Of a stretch of 64,000 nt of DNA, positions 51,001 to 63,000 are shown piece by piece (position 1 is the first letter of the stretch; the number at the start of each line of letters is the position of its first letter). The notes beneath the pieces were generated by a model. It had not been told where the DNA came from, did no database searches, and worked only from the letters and a program-made list of their open reading frames with translations. A program made the position numbers and the translations under genes. Source of the DNA: Hormiphora californensis (lineage: Eukaryota; Animalia; Ctenophora); assembly GCA_020137815.1 (NCBI GenBank), contig CM035357.1, positions 4,526,001 through 4,590,000 on the forward strand. Reading direction: 5' to 3'.

Positions 51001-54000
51001 AACCAAGTTTTCGTGTATATCCGATTTATGGTTAGAATTGGGCAAATTGTTGAAATCTGCCAACTAGGAGAACCGTACCTTGATTTTTTCCTTTTTTATA
51101 TTTTGGCATTTTTGATAAACTTCTGATTGAAATGGCCAGTCGGGACCATGCTTAAGTTGTTTATGGGATAATTTTCGACTAAAATCCAAGATTTCATACC
51201 AATCCAATAACAGATCGTTGATTTATAGAAAATTTAGGTAGGCAAAACGGTCAAAATAAGCAAAAAAAGTTGACATTTTGACCGTTTTGCCTACCTAAAT
51301 TTTCTATAAATCAACGATCTGTTATTGGATTGGTATGAAATCTTGGATTTTAGTCGAAAATTATCCCATAAACAACTTAAGCATGGTCCCGACTGGCCAT
51401 TTCAATCAGAAGTTTATCAAAAATGCCAAAATATAAAAAAGGAAAAAATCAAGGTACGGTTCTCCTAGTTGGCAGATTTCAACAATTTGCCCAATTCTAA
51501 CCATAAATCGGATATACACGAAAACTTGGTTCTTGGTAGAAAAATGACCATTTTAACGATTGGCACTAGTTTCAAATTCCTATCTCAACGTTTTCAATGG
51601 TTTAGGGGCCAAAAACCTCCAAAAAATGGTAAAAAATCAACTTTTGACCATTTTACAGTCATTTTAGAGATTCGACTTCAACGGCAATCGATTCTACGTG
51701 CAAAAATAGGTGGGGGTGACATATTTCGTGTGCTAAGTCATTATGGATTTTTCGGGACCACGTTTAATATAGCCAATTTTGACCCAAATCAAATAAAAGT
51801 AAAAAAAAAGATTTTAGGCAATGGAATGTTTTTTCCCGCACCGTAGCGCCATTCTGTAGACCCTCAGCTACCACGTACAAGTGGTGGTTTCCCGTAGCAT
51901 GCTAGGTCGTGTTAAAGTTTCACCAGGCACGCCGTGCGCTACTTCTAGTCTGCCCAATTAGTAATTGGGGGCCTTGGGGCCTAATTAGTTATCTGGTATA
52001 CATTCTGGGTCGTAATTTGGTTGCCAAGGCTCTTTAGACAGTTCCAGCAGACAACCAGACTAGCTTTTCTGTTCTGGTTAATGCTGACAATTGACATCTC
52101 ACTAGGTTGAAGAGAGAATTTTGCTAGTGGCCCCCTGGCCTGCTGGACAAATGAAGAAATGCAATTTTCGTGTTTCTTTTTGGCAGGGGTGGATCTACCG
52201 GGGTGCCCACCCCCTCACTTCCCTGAAAACGGCCTTAGGGGGGGTCCACACCCCCCCCCCACTTTGTTAGCAAAAAGTGTCTGAAAAGCATAGTTTTAAG
52301 GTTCAAAACTCCCAAAATTTTCTCGAGAAGTTCATTTTGTTATTTTATTTCCCTGCCCGGGTGGATGCCGAAGGCATCCACCCGGATGCCTTTTTACTTT
52401 GTAAAAAGGCATAGCAGGGTTAGAATTCGAAAACGACATTTTGGTATACTAACTAATCGGTAGAGGGACATTTTTTGGTCACACTTTCGTTGCGAGGGGC
52501 AACCGTGCGGCGCGCGCGATTTGAAGTTTGCGGAGTAACATGCGCGCCCACAAACTATTGAAAATTTATGAGGCGTGCGCGGCTATAAACTGTAACACGC
52601 GGCAAAATTTGTTTTATATCGGCCGCGCGTTTTTGGGGAAAATTGAGAAATTGAAAATGTTTTGCGTTTTTTTCAAAAGTTCGAAAAATACAAATCCCCA
52701 TTTTGCGGACAGCTTAATGGCGAGTTGAATGGCAAATCGAAGAGGGCAGGGAAACGTAGCATTATGGATACATAATGCAAATAATTCTTGTTTACAATTG
52801 ATTTATCAAAGTAGAAGAACAATTCAACGGTTATTCTTCAATCGATAAGTTATTCTTCTAAAGTTTGACTTTTAGATGTCTACAATTGGTTGAAAATGCT
52901 CAAAATTGGTCAAAAAACTCAAAATTTTCCGGGGGCTCCGCCCCCTAGACCCCCGCCGGGGCTTTGCCCCTGGACCCCATTGGGGGCCTGCAGCCCCTAA
53001 ACCCCCTGCCAGTGCTCCTCCGGCGCCGCTTCGCGGCACCGTCGTCGCGTTCCGTCAAAATATGAACATAGCCTTCGGCCATGCCACCCCCTCACTTATT
53101 TGGACCTGGATCCACCCCTGCTTTTTGGTAAAATTTGCAACGAACTAAATTCGCGAATTCGTACAATGTTCGCACTGGGGAAATTGTTGACCCCTTTATG
53201 AGGAAAAGATTCGATAGGAAGTCACTATCAAATCAATCCATATCGAACCCACTAGTTAACAAAATTACTGCCACTGAGCACCACCGATTCAAAACAGGAT
53301 TCATACATCAAAATTGACATTGAGTTCCATATATTTTTTCGTGAAATAACTGAAAAATGATCAATGAAAAAGCCCGATTTCTGGTCACTTCTTAAACAAA
53401 AAATTCGGTAGTTCGGCCAAAATTTTCCACCGAACCGAACCGAACCGAACCGAATATTCGGTCGCTTATAAGTTATAATGTGGGGGAACACAGTAGCAAT
53501 TCGCGGCAGGGCTGTATTGGGACAGGGACCTGTTTTGTAAGGTGGGGAAAGACAGTAGCAATTCGCGGCAGGCCTGTATTGAGACAAGGAACTGTTTTAT
53601 AAGGTTGGGGGAAGACAGTAGCAATTCGCGGCAGGACTGTTTTGGAACAGGGAACTGTTTTATAAGGTTGGGGAACACAGTAGCAATTCGCGGCAGGGCT
53701 GTATTGGGACAGGGACCTGTTTTATAAGGTTGGGGAACACAGTAGCAATTCGCGGTAGGGCTGTATTGAGACAAGGAGCTGTTTTATAAAGTGGGGGAAA
53801 TACAGTAGCAATTCGCGGTAGGGCTGTATTCGGACAGGGAACTGTTTTATAAAGTGGGGGAAGACAGTAGCAATTCGCGGCAGGCCTGTATTGAGACAAG
53901 GAGCTGTTTTATAAGGTTGGGGAAATACAGTAGCAATTCGCGGTAGGGCTGTATTCGGACAGGGAACTGTTTTATAAAGTGGGGGAAGACAGTAGCAATT

Positions 54001-57000
54001 CGCGGCAGGCCTGTATTGAGACAAGGAACTGTTTTATAAGGTTGGGGAAATACAGTAGCAATTCGCGGCAGGACTGTTTTGGAACAGGGACCTGTCTTAT
54101 AAAGTGGGGGAAGACAGTAGCAATTCGCGGCAGGCCTGTATTGAGACAAGGAGCTGTTTTATAAGGTTGGGGGAAGACAGTAGCAATTCGCGGCAGGCCT
54201 GTATTGAGACAAGGAGCTGTTTTATAAGGTTGGGGGAAGACAGTAGCAATTCGCGGCAGGCCTGTATTGAGACAAGGAGCTGTTTTATACGGTTGGGGGA
54301 GACAGTAGCAATTCGCGGCAGGGCTGTATTGGGACAGGGGCCTGTTTTATACGGTTGGGGGAAGACAGTAGCAATTCGCGGCAGGCCTGTATTGGCACAG
54401 GGACCTGTCTATATAAGGTGGGAAAGACAGTAGCAATTCGTGGCAGGGCTTTATTGGGACAGGGACCTGTTTTGTAAGGTGGGGGAACACAGTAGCAATT
54501 CGCGGCAGAGCTGTATTGGGACAGGGACCTGTTTTAGAAGACGGAGGAACACAGTAGCAATTCGTGGCAGAGCTGTAGTGGGACAGGGACCTGTTTTAGA
54601 AGACGGGGGAAGACAGTAGCAATTCGCGGTAGGGCTGTATTGGGACAGGGACCTGTCTTATAAGGTGGGAAATACAGTAGCAATTCGCGGTAGGGCTGTA
54701 TTCGGACAGGGAACTGTTTTATAAAGTGGGGGAAAGACAGTAGCAATTCGTGGCAGGCCTGTATTGAGACAGGGACCTGTTTTGTAAGGTGGGGGAAGAC
54801 AGTAGCAATTCGTGGCAGAGCTGTAGTGGGACAGGGACCTGTTTTAGAAGACGGGGGAACACAGTAGCAATTCGCGGTAGGGCTGTATTGGGACAGGGAC
54901 CTGTCTTATAAGGTGGGAAATACAGTAGCAATTCGCGGTAGGGCTGTATTCGGACAGGGAACTGTTTTATAAAGTGGGGGAAAGACAGTAGCAATTCGCG
55001 GCAGGCCTGTATTGAGACAAGGAACTGTCTTATACGGTTGGGGGAAGACAGTAGCAATTCGCGGCAGGGCTGTTTTGGAACAGGGAACTGTTTTATAAGG
55101 TTGGGGAACACAGTAGCAATTCGCGGCAGGACTGCATTGAGACAGGGACCTGTTTTATAAATTGGGGGAAGACAGTAGCAATTTGCGGCAGGGCTGTTTT
55201 GGAACATGTGACAGGGCGAGGTTGTATTTCGTATCTGTAACGCGCTTTTGACCTGAAATGGGGGTGGAAGTTGAGCGGCTCGCGATGTTAGCACTTGCCA
55301 AATGCGCGGCTTTTCTTTATTCTAGGCGTATAATACGTATTTAATAATAATACGTATTAAATAAGTATATGTATATGTAATATGTATTCTTAGTTAGGGG
55401 TAATAACACCAAATATCGCCTTGACTGGGAAAAAATTTGTGCCAAGCTGATTTCTTCACTAACGTGTCCCAATGGGTCCCCTCTAGCCCTCCTGAGTTTT
55501 TTCAAACTCGGGATGGGGTGCAACATGTTCATTTCCGGGTGGGCGTGGTACCTGTATTTTCAGGCTGAGGCCAAAACCATAAGTACCCTTAAAATAGGAG
55601 TAGAGATAAAATCAAGGACATTAAAATTTCCGCCGTCCTCGCATTAGTGGGGGTAGGTGCCGAAATTAATTCTCTATCTCATCTGGTTAATTAGATAATT
55701 GGATAATTAGGTTTGCGCATAACCGTTTTTTGGCTATATGGCTATAGCCACTTAGGAATGGTTTAGAGACTTTTCACTGGCGCCATTTTGTAGAGAAGAA
55801 AAAGTTATGGGGGGTCGATGTCAGACTTTTTAGCTCTATCTCCAACCGTTTAGCCGTTATTTGACTTTAAAGTTTCCCAAAATGAGCAAAAATCGGTAAA
55901 AAGCCCGATTTTGGGCACCTTTAAAGCCAAATAACGGCTAAACGGTTGGAGATAGAGCTAAAAAGTCCGATATCGACCCCCCCCCATAACTTTTTCTTCC
56001 CTACAAAATGGCGCCAGTGAAAAGTCTCTAAACCATTCCTAAGTGGCTATAGGGTAAGCTGGGGTAAAATGGCCTGCGGGGTAAAGTGGCCCATGTATGG
56101 GGCAAAGTGGCCCTAGTTATTACATGTGGTCACGTGACTTTTTCTCCAGCGGAGACCTGCTCGTTCTGTTCCGAATTTTCGCTTTAAAACTGCTGTCATT
56201 TCTGTTTGGGTTGGCCGATTTTAATTTTGCAAAAACTGCCAGTTAGGCTTTATAATTCTCTAAAACGTGGTATAAAAATTTTTGATGAAATTGGCATTTT
56301 TGTTGTCTTAATTGTCAATTTTGTGAAATCGGGGCGAATATGGCCCACTCTCCGGGGCAAAGTGGTCCGGTCTGGGGCAAAGTGGCCCACCTCTAGGACC
56401 AATGAAATGGCGCCTGCAATACCACGTGACATTGGAATGCACAAAAATGTAGTACAGTCGGACCCCGATTTAGGGACACCCACGGGGGAAAGGGTCTTGT
56501 CCACTAAATCGGGGTGTCCACTAAATCGGGGTCAGCCATATTTGGCACATAAAAACCTATTTTATGCCCAAAATGCTATATTATTAAGACTAGAGACACC
56601 TCTAACTGTTATATGCAATATTCATGTACTGATGACATCATCATTTCTGATTAGAAATAGAAAAATATAGAATTTTTTTTCCAAAAAAATGTGAAAAATT
56701 TCCTAAGTTATACCAGCCCGTCCGATTTGTGTTTCGAATTGGTGCAGCTTACTGGATGTGCTGTCTAATTAGCGGATTCGAAACGAACCGATACGTGATA
56801 CCATGCCGAATCGGGGCACCCTAAGCGGGTGAGGAAGTATCAAAATTTCAAAATAACTTTTTCTCTCAAAATTTATGGGGAGCACCGATCAAAGCATTGA
56901 CAATCGTACTGTAAAATTTTGCAAAAAAGTTTTAAATTTTTTTAAAGGTATACCAGCCACGTCCGAATCGTGTTTCGAATCGGTGCATCTTATCGCATGT

Positions 57001-60000
57001 CCTGCTGCAGCTAATTAGACGGTTCGGAACGAATCGAAACGTGATCCCCATCGAATCGAAATTTTAACGCTTGGTGAACTTGTGATTCAATGGCCTCATC
57101 GGGATCACGTATCGGTTCGTTCCGAACCGTCTAATTAGCAGCAGGACATGCGATAAGATTCACTGATTCGAAACACGATTCGGACGTGGCTGGTATCTTT
57201 TTGAAAAATTTTCAAAAAAGTTTTCAAAAAAATTTCACAAAAAAAAAATTCAAAAAATTTTTGGGGGAAAAAAATCCTGTCCCTAAATCGGGGTGCCACT
57301 AAATCGGGGGCCCCTAAATCGGGGTCCGACTGTATAGACGATCAAATTAGGGGCAAAGTGGCCCATTTTCCGGTGCAGAACATGGGCCACTTTGCCCCTA
57401 GTTTGATCGTTTCGTCTAACAACACCAGGCACGTGATAAAATCGAGCAATGCTATTGGCTTGGGCCACTTTGCCCCGGTGCAAATTTTCCAAAAAACGCC
57501 TCACCAAATTATTTGAATTGATTAAATAAAACTTGTAGATTTTAAAATTTAGCTCGGCTGAAAGGAAAAGGTTTCATTGGATAGCCTATATAATTTTTTT
57601 CTTCCTGCTGTATAAATTGCGTATTTTAGAACCTAAAACGTTAAAAATGGGCCACTTTCGCCCCAGCTTACCCTAGCCATAAAGCCAAAAAACGGTTATG
57701 CGCAAACCTAATTATCCAATTATCTAATTAACCAGATGAGATAGAGAATTAATTCCGGCACCTACCCCCACTAATGCGAGGACGGCGGACATTTTAATGT
57801 CCTTGATTTTATCTCTACCCCTATTTTAAGGGTACTTATGGTTTTGGCCTCAGGCTGAAAATACAGGTACCACGCCCACCCGGAAATGAACATGTTGCAC
57901 CCCATCCCGAGTTTGAAAAAACTGAGGAGGGCTAGAGGGGACCCATTGGGACATGTTAGTGAAGAAATTAGCTTGTCACAAATTTTTTCCAGTCACACGA
58001 CTACCGCCCCTAACTATCTCGCAATAAATACACATTATATTCTGACTAGGTTCGTAACCTCCCTTTATCGGTTGAAGCATTACTGAAAATCCTTCTCTAT
58101 GAAAAACCTCCTCTAACGATTGCCTTGTTGTTCGACCCTCCTTCCCCGGCCCCGCTGTACTGGAAAGAATGGAAACTGCAACAAATCTTGGAAAACAACT
58201 CATTGACGTCCGATGCGATTATATCATCCCCGGGTCTTATGAAGCGCATTTTAGACCGCTGTATCACTTATGTCACTCCATCGGCATCAGAAATCAAAAA
58301 AAGACTATATGGAAAGTCTAAATTCCCAAGGAGAATTTTGGTAGACTTTACCGCAATCGACAACTTTTTCTCTACGGGACCAGATAATATTGATGGTGTG
58401 AATTTGATAGACACATCCTTACCAGGCATTGAACGTTTTTGTTGCGCAGGGAAATTAAGACGGAACCCTGGAAAAAATATGCATAGTGTACCCTTTCAGT
58501 TAATGAGTCGTTTTGGCAATAGTAACAGCGAAGTTGAACTTATTACACATCCTGTCACTGAAACTTTAGTAGATATAAAATGGCACCATTATGGCCAGCC
58601 TTACTTCTATCTGCAGCTGATTCTTTACTTAACTTTTTTTTCTTCTCTGATATCTTTTGAATATGAGCAATTGAACAGTGCCCGGTGCAATAGAAATTAT
58701 GATGAAATACACTATAACTCCAGCTGTATAAATAATGTTTCAAGCATGGATACAAGATATTTAGTACCTGGAATTATTGTGTTTCTCATGTCTTTGCTCC
58801 GCTTACTTTATGAGTTTTTCGACGCTTATATAACATTTACATACAAGTCAAAAGGATCAGGAGTGTGGCGATGTGCTAAGGAGTATTTTTTGGATATGGA
58901 CAACCTAATTGAAATTGTTTTATACATTACCGCATTAATTTTTTCTTGCAGTATATTCAATAGTAAATTTCTTTTTTGGGATGCAGGCATTGTTAGTGTT
59001 GCAGCAGGATTTATTAATCTGATTTTGCTTCTTCGTACATTTCCTTACAAAGTCGGCTTATGTTGCATTATGTTTTTGAAAATTTGTGAGACATTTTTGA
59101 TGATTTTGCCGCATTTGGGAATATTTTTTCTAAGTTTTATCCTGCTTTTCGATATGACTTCTATAAATCCTATTTTTTCAACCGGGCTGTTTAACAAAGG
59201 GAAGCCACTATTCTGGGTGTTGACTAGAATAGTTGGTGGAATTGAGTATGGCGATTTAGAAGAATTGAGTGGTGGGCCAGTCAATGAAAGTTATGAATAT
59301 GGTTCTTATATTATACTTGTGGTGTTTGTTTTTCTGATGAACTTCATACTATTCAACTTGGCTACAGGTCTTGCAATAGGCGATGTTCAAAAGGTAATGG
59401 ATAATTCTGAAACAGAAATGTTGAAAGTCAAGATGGCATTGATTTCAAAAATTGAATTAGGAATGTTAGGAAAGTTAAGAAAATTCTGTACTGTTAGACA
59501 ATATTATTTGTTGACTACAGAGTTCTTTAACGAAAAGTCTCTTAAAAAGATTGATGAGGCAGTGAAACGAGACAAAGAACAGAGAGAAACTGAGCTGATG
59601 GCATTGAAAGAAAATGTAAAGAGAGAGAAAAAATAAAGAATTATTAAATGAGTATCCACCAGATAACACACATACAGTCGGGCCCCGATTTACCGGACCC
59701 CGATTTACCGGACCCCGATTTACCGGGCCCCGATTTACAGGGCCCCAATTTACCGGACCCCGATTTACAGGGCCCCAATTTACCGGACCCCGATTTACCG
59801 GACCCCGATTTACCGGACCCCGATTTACCGGGCCCCGATTTACCGGACCCCGATTTACCGGGCCCCGATTTACCGGACCCCGATTTACCGGGCCCCGATT
59901 TACCGGACCCCGATTTACCGGACCCCGATTTACAGGGCCCCGATTTACCGGAACTCCGATTTACCGAGGTCCGGGAGGAAAAACTTCCCCCAATATAGAA

Positions 60001-63000
60001 AAGTAACGTTATTTGACCGGGCACCCCAATTTACCGGGCAAACCGTTTCCCCCAAGCGGCGAGCATCCCGGTAAATCGGGGTCCGACTGTACTGTGTCTT
60101 TTCGAGTGGAGACTGGAGTATTAGCATTTTTAATGTTTTAGTTAATCTGAACTGAATCTGATCTGTATAATCTGGACTGTTTGTAGCAAAAATATTGTTT
60201 ATTGTTTAGCTAGTACTGCAATATCAATAACTGATTAATTCCTGTGTTTCTACTGAGTGGTTCAGAAACATGGAGCCACTAGTTGAGATAACTATAATGT
60301 GTCAATGGTAGGCTGACTCTAGTGCTACACTCTAAGTCTACAGTGGACTCTATATCTAAATTTAGATTTAGAGAAAGAGTCCAAATAAGTCTAAACTCTA
60401 GGAGGACTCTATGTCTAAAAAGTCTACACAGGACGGACTCTTTATCTAAAAAGTCTAAAAAGAGCGGACTCTATATCTACATAAATCTACATTAGACATA
60501 GAGTCCGCCATTCTCCGCGAACTCGAGATTTCGGCCGTCAGGCCGGAAACGAGAGTTTGTTGTACTTCTATACTAGTTTAGAAGTGTTAGGGCAATTGTT
60601 TGGGTTCGAGGTTAGGGTTAAGTTTTGGGTTGGTTTAGGGTTTTAGACATAGAGTCCGGGTTGGGGGATTTGGCGCCAAAATGTACCAGGGGACTCTATG
60701 TCTAAAAAGTCTACACAGGGCGGACTCTATGTCTAAACAGTCTAAACAGGGGGGACCTTTTATCTAAACTTTTTTCAAAGTAAAACTGTAGTTAAAGAGT
60801 CCGCTTTTAGATATAGAGTCCGCCTCGAATCTAGATAGAGTCCGTTAGCACTAGAGTGCGCCCACCTGTGTGAATACAGTTCGCTCTCCGATGTACAGTG
60901 TGCACGAAAACGAATGTCTAAACCAATTGTGTCCCATGCTTATAAATTGTGTTTGAAGCTTGCACGTGCATGCGCATTCCTAGATTATGAATTTCAAACA
61001 GAACATTGAGGGGCAGTACACAATACATAGTTTATCCCGGTCGCTTGTAGTCGGAAAACGGTAATGGAAAACGGAGATACGGTAAGAAGACACGCAACCG
61101 TGGTCAATCAGTGCGCTAGTACGTGCTGACAAATGCACTTTTTGCTGCGCGTTATGCAAAGTCTGCGTCTTATTACTGTAATATGTATTTCCATTACGGT
61201 AATGCCACTACAAGCGGCAGCGTTACCATGGTAACAGAGGGTTAGAAATGATAACATCGACAAGTTACCATGGCAACTAGCCTAATATATTCCATCACAG
61301 ATAATATACCTGTTTATAGGATGCCATTCCAGCCACTAATTCATCCATCATATAGTCAGTGTTAACAGTTGCAGTAACATTGGTTCCCTGTAGTGAGCAG
61401 TGGCTCCCCGTCGGGATGGAAACATTCTGCCGAGGGGAGGGGATTAATTGAAAGGGAAACGGAGTAAATTTGGGTATAATATGGGAGCTATCATTTGAGT
61501 TAGGAACTTGATGCCATTTCATCCTATTCTCTACTGTCAGGCCAATGCTCTGACCACATGGTTCTCGCGCTTATTTGAGAGAAATGAGAATAGGGTCAGG
61601 CCAATGCTCTGACAGATTCTCTACGTAAAAAAGAAGTGTTTGAAAAATACAACTAGCCATTAGGAATACATGGTTTTCACCAAATAAAACACGTCAACTA
61701 ACCTTGGGTTCGATAATAGGAAGGTTATAGTAGTTCTTAGTGGCATGGGTCGCGGGTTCTCCTATCACCTTGCACTTGAATTTGCTGCCATATCTTTCAT
61801 AATCAACCTTCACCGTTAGCTTGCGGTCCAGATTGGACCACCAAAACCCTTCAGCTGATGTATCAATATCCTCTAACAATGAAAAGGGTTGTTAGACAAC
61901 GGATATAAAGGTTCAGTAATTGGGACCCGATTTACCCTTTCCTCCGAGCATCCCGGTATATTAGGACGACTGTAAATTAATAAAGGTAGAAATAAGAATG
62001 TACAGATGAAACACTGATCCCTACCCCTAGCTTATATAGTTAGGGAAAAACTAGGCCTTCTTCTGTCTGGCGACGCCGGACCCTGATTTGATTATCAAAC
62101 CTAGTGCGCTCAGATGGGTTCCATGTCGCCAGACAGGTCTTCTCTCACCAGGAACCGACCGAAACAAGTAAACAACCAATCAGAACTCGATATTTAGGTC
62201 ACGTGACTGGTTATCAGCCAATCAGGGACCAGTATTTCCTGATTCGGTCGGTTCCTGTCTCTCACCTGGTGTTCCTATGGCAGGGTCCTCTATCTGCCAA
62301 GTATAGGTGAGGGCAGTTAGATTACCATCCCGTGCCTGAACATAGTAACTAACATTACCACCGTCCCTTACAAACAGGGGTGGAGAGGATTGGTAGAGGA
62401 TCTGGACTTGTGCTGAGTCAGTCTCATGGTTTACTGCAATAGAGGTTGGGTTAGTGACACAAGGAAGGCGTGTTCGGACCCCTCATCAGATATAAAGAGA
62501 GGTGGAGTTATTGACACAAGACGGGAGTTATGGGGGGAGTTGTTAGTGGCACGAGAAGAGCCCTTCTCCAGGAGAGTTAGGACATTATAGCAATACAAGG
62601 GAGTAGTATGTTGTTAGTGACAACATATGGGAGTATGGGGAGTTTTTAGCAAGACAATTATACGTACCTGACCCTGATGTTTCGTAGGATACAATCTTCT
62701 GTTCTTTATTAGCCACGACCGGTGAAGAATAGTTCCCAAAACAAGCATACTCGCCTAAAAGGGGGGATTTAATACTGTTATCAAAACATGTGGAGTGGGT
62801 TAAAGACTACTAAATCAGGGGCATTGTGGGAGCTGTGAAAGATTGCCACTATAAATCACGGACATGGGGATGAGTCGCCTTCTTACCATCGTCAAAATCC
62901 CTCTTGTAAAACATGACGTAAAGGTCCCCTTTTAGATCCGTTTCGTCGACCGCAAGTCTTGCTAGCCGTGACGGGTTCATATTCTCACCCGACTCTTCCA

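Larger units (their letters stand above)
55393..58014. mobile_element. Long palindromic MITE A (outer element of a triple nest), TA-flanked
   Basis: TA|GTTAGGGG...CCCCTAAC|TA; 55421-55747 mirrors 57676-57995; 55741-55875 mirrors 55918-56051; right arm split by element B. Confidence 0.85.

Noticed and set aside
50797-51846. Duplicated MADFNNLP ORFs as a gene pair
   Set aside because: Mirror images within the palindrome, starting at TTG, with no recognisable domain
53478-55206. CRISPR-like array or Cys-rich ORFs
   Set aside because: The variable parts are variants of one sequence, not unique spacers; the ORFs are by-products of the repeat
50209-58049. TRPA disrupted by transposon insertion (pseudogene), or separate ankyrin and channel genes
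   Set aside because: A phase-0 GT donor (TTG|GTGCGT) and a phase-0 acceptor (ACTAG|GTT) join TPLHL to VRNLPLS in frame, so the repeats are intronic
59644-60024. (PDLPD)n / (GKSGS)n repeat proteins
   Set aside because: They lie within a TA-flanked MITE's 15-bp array
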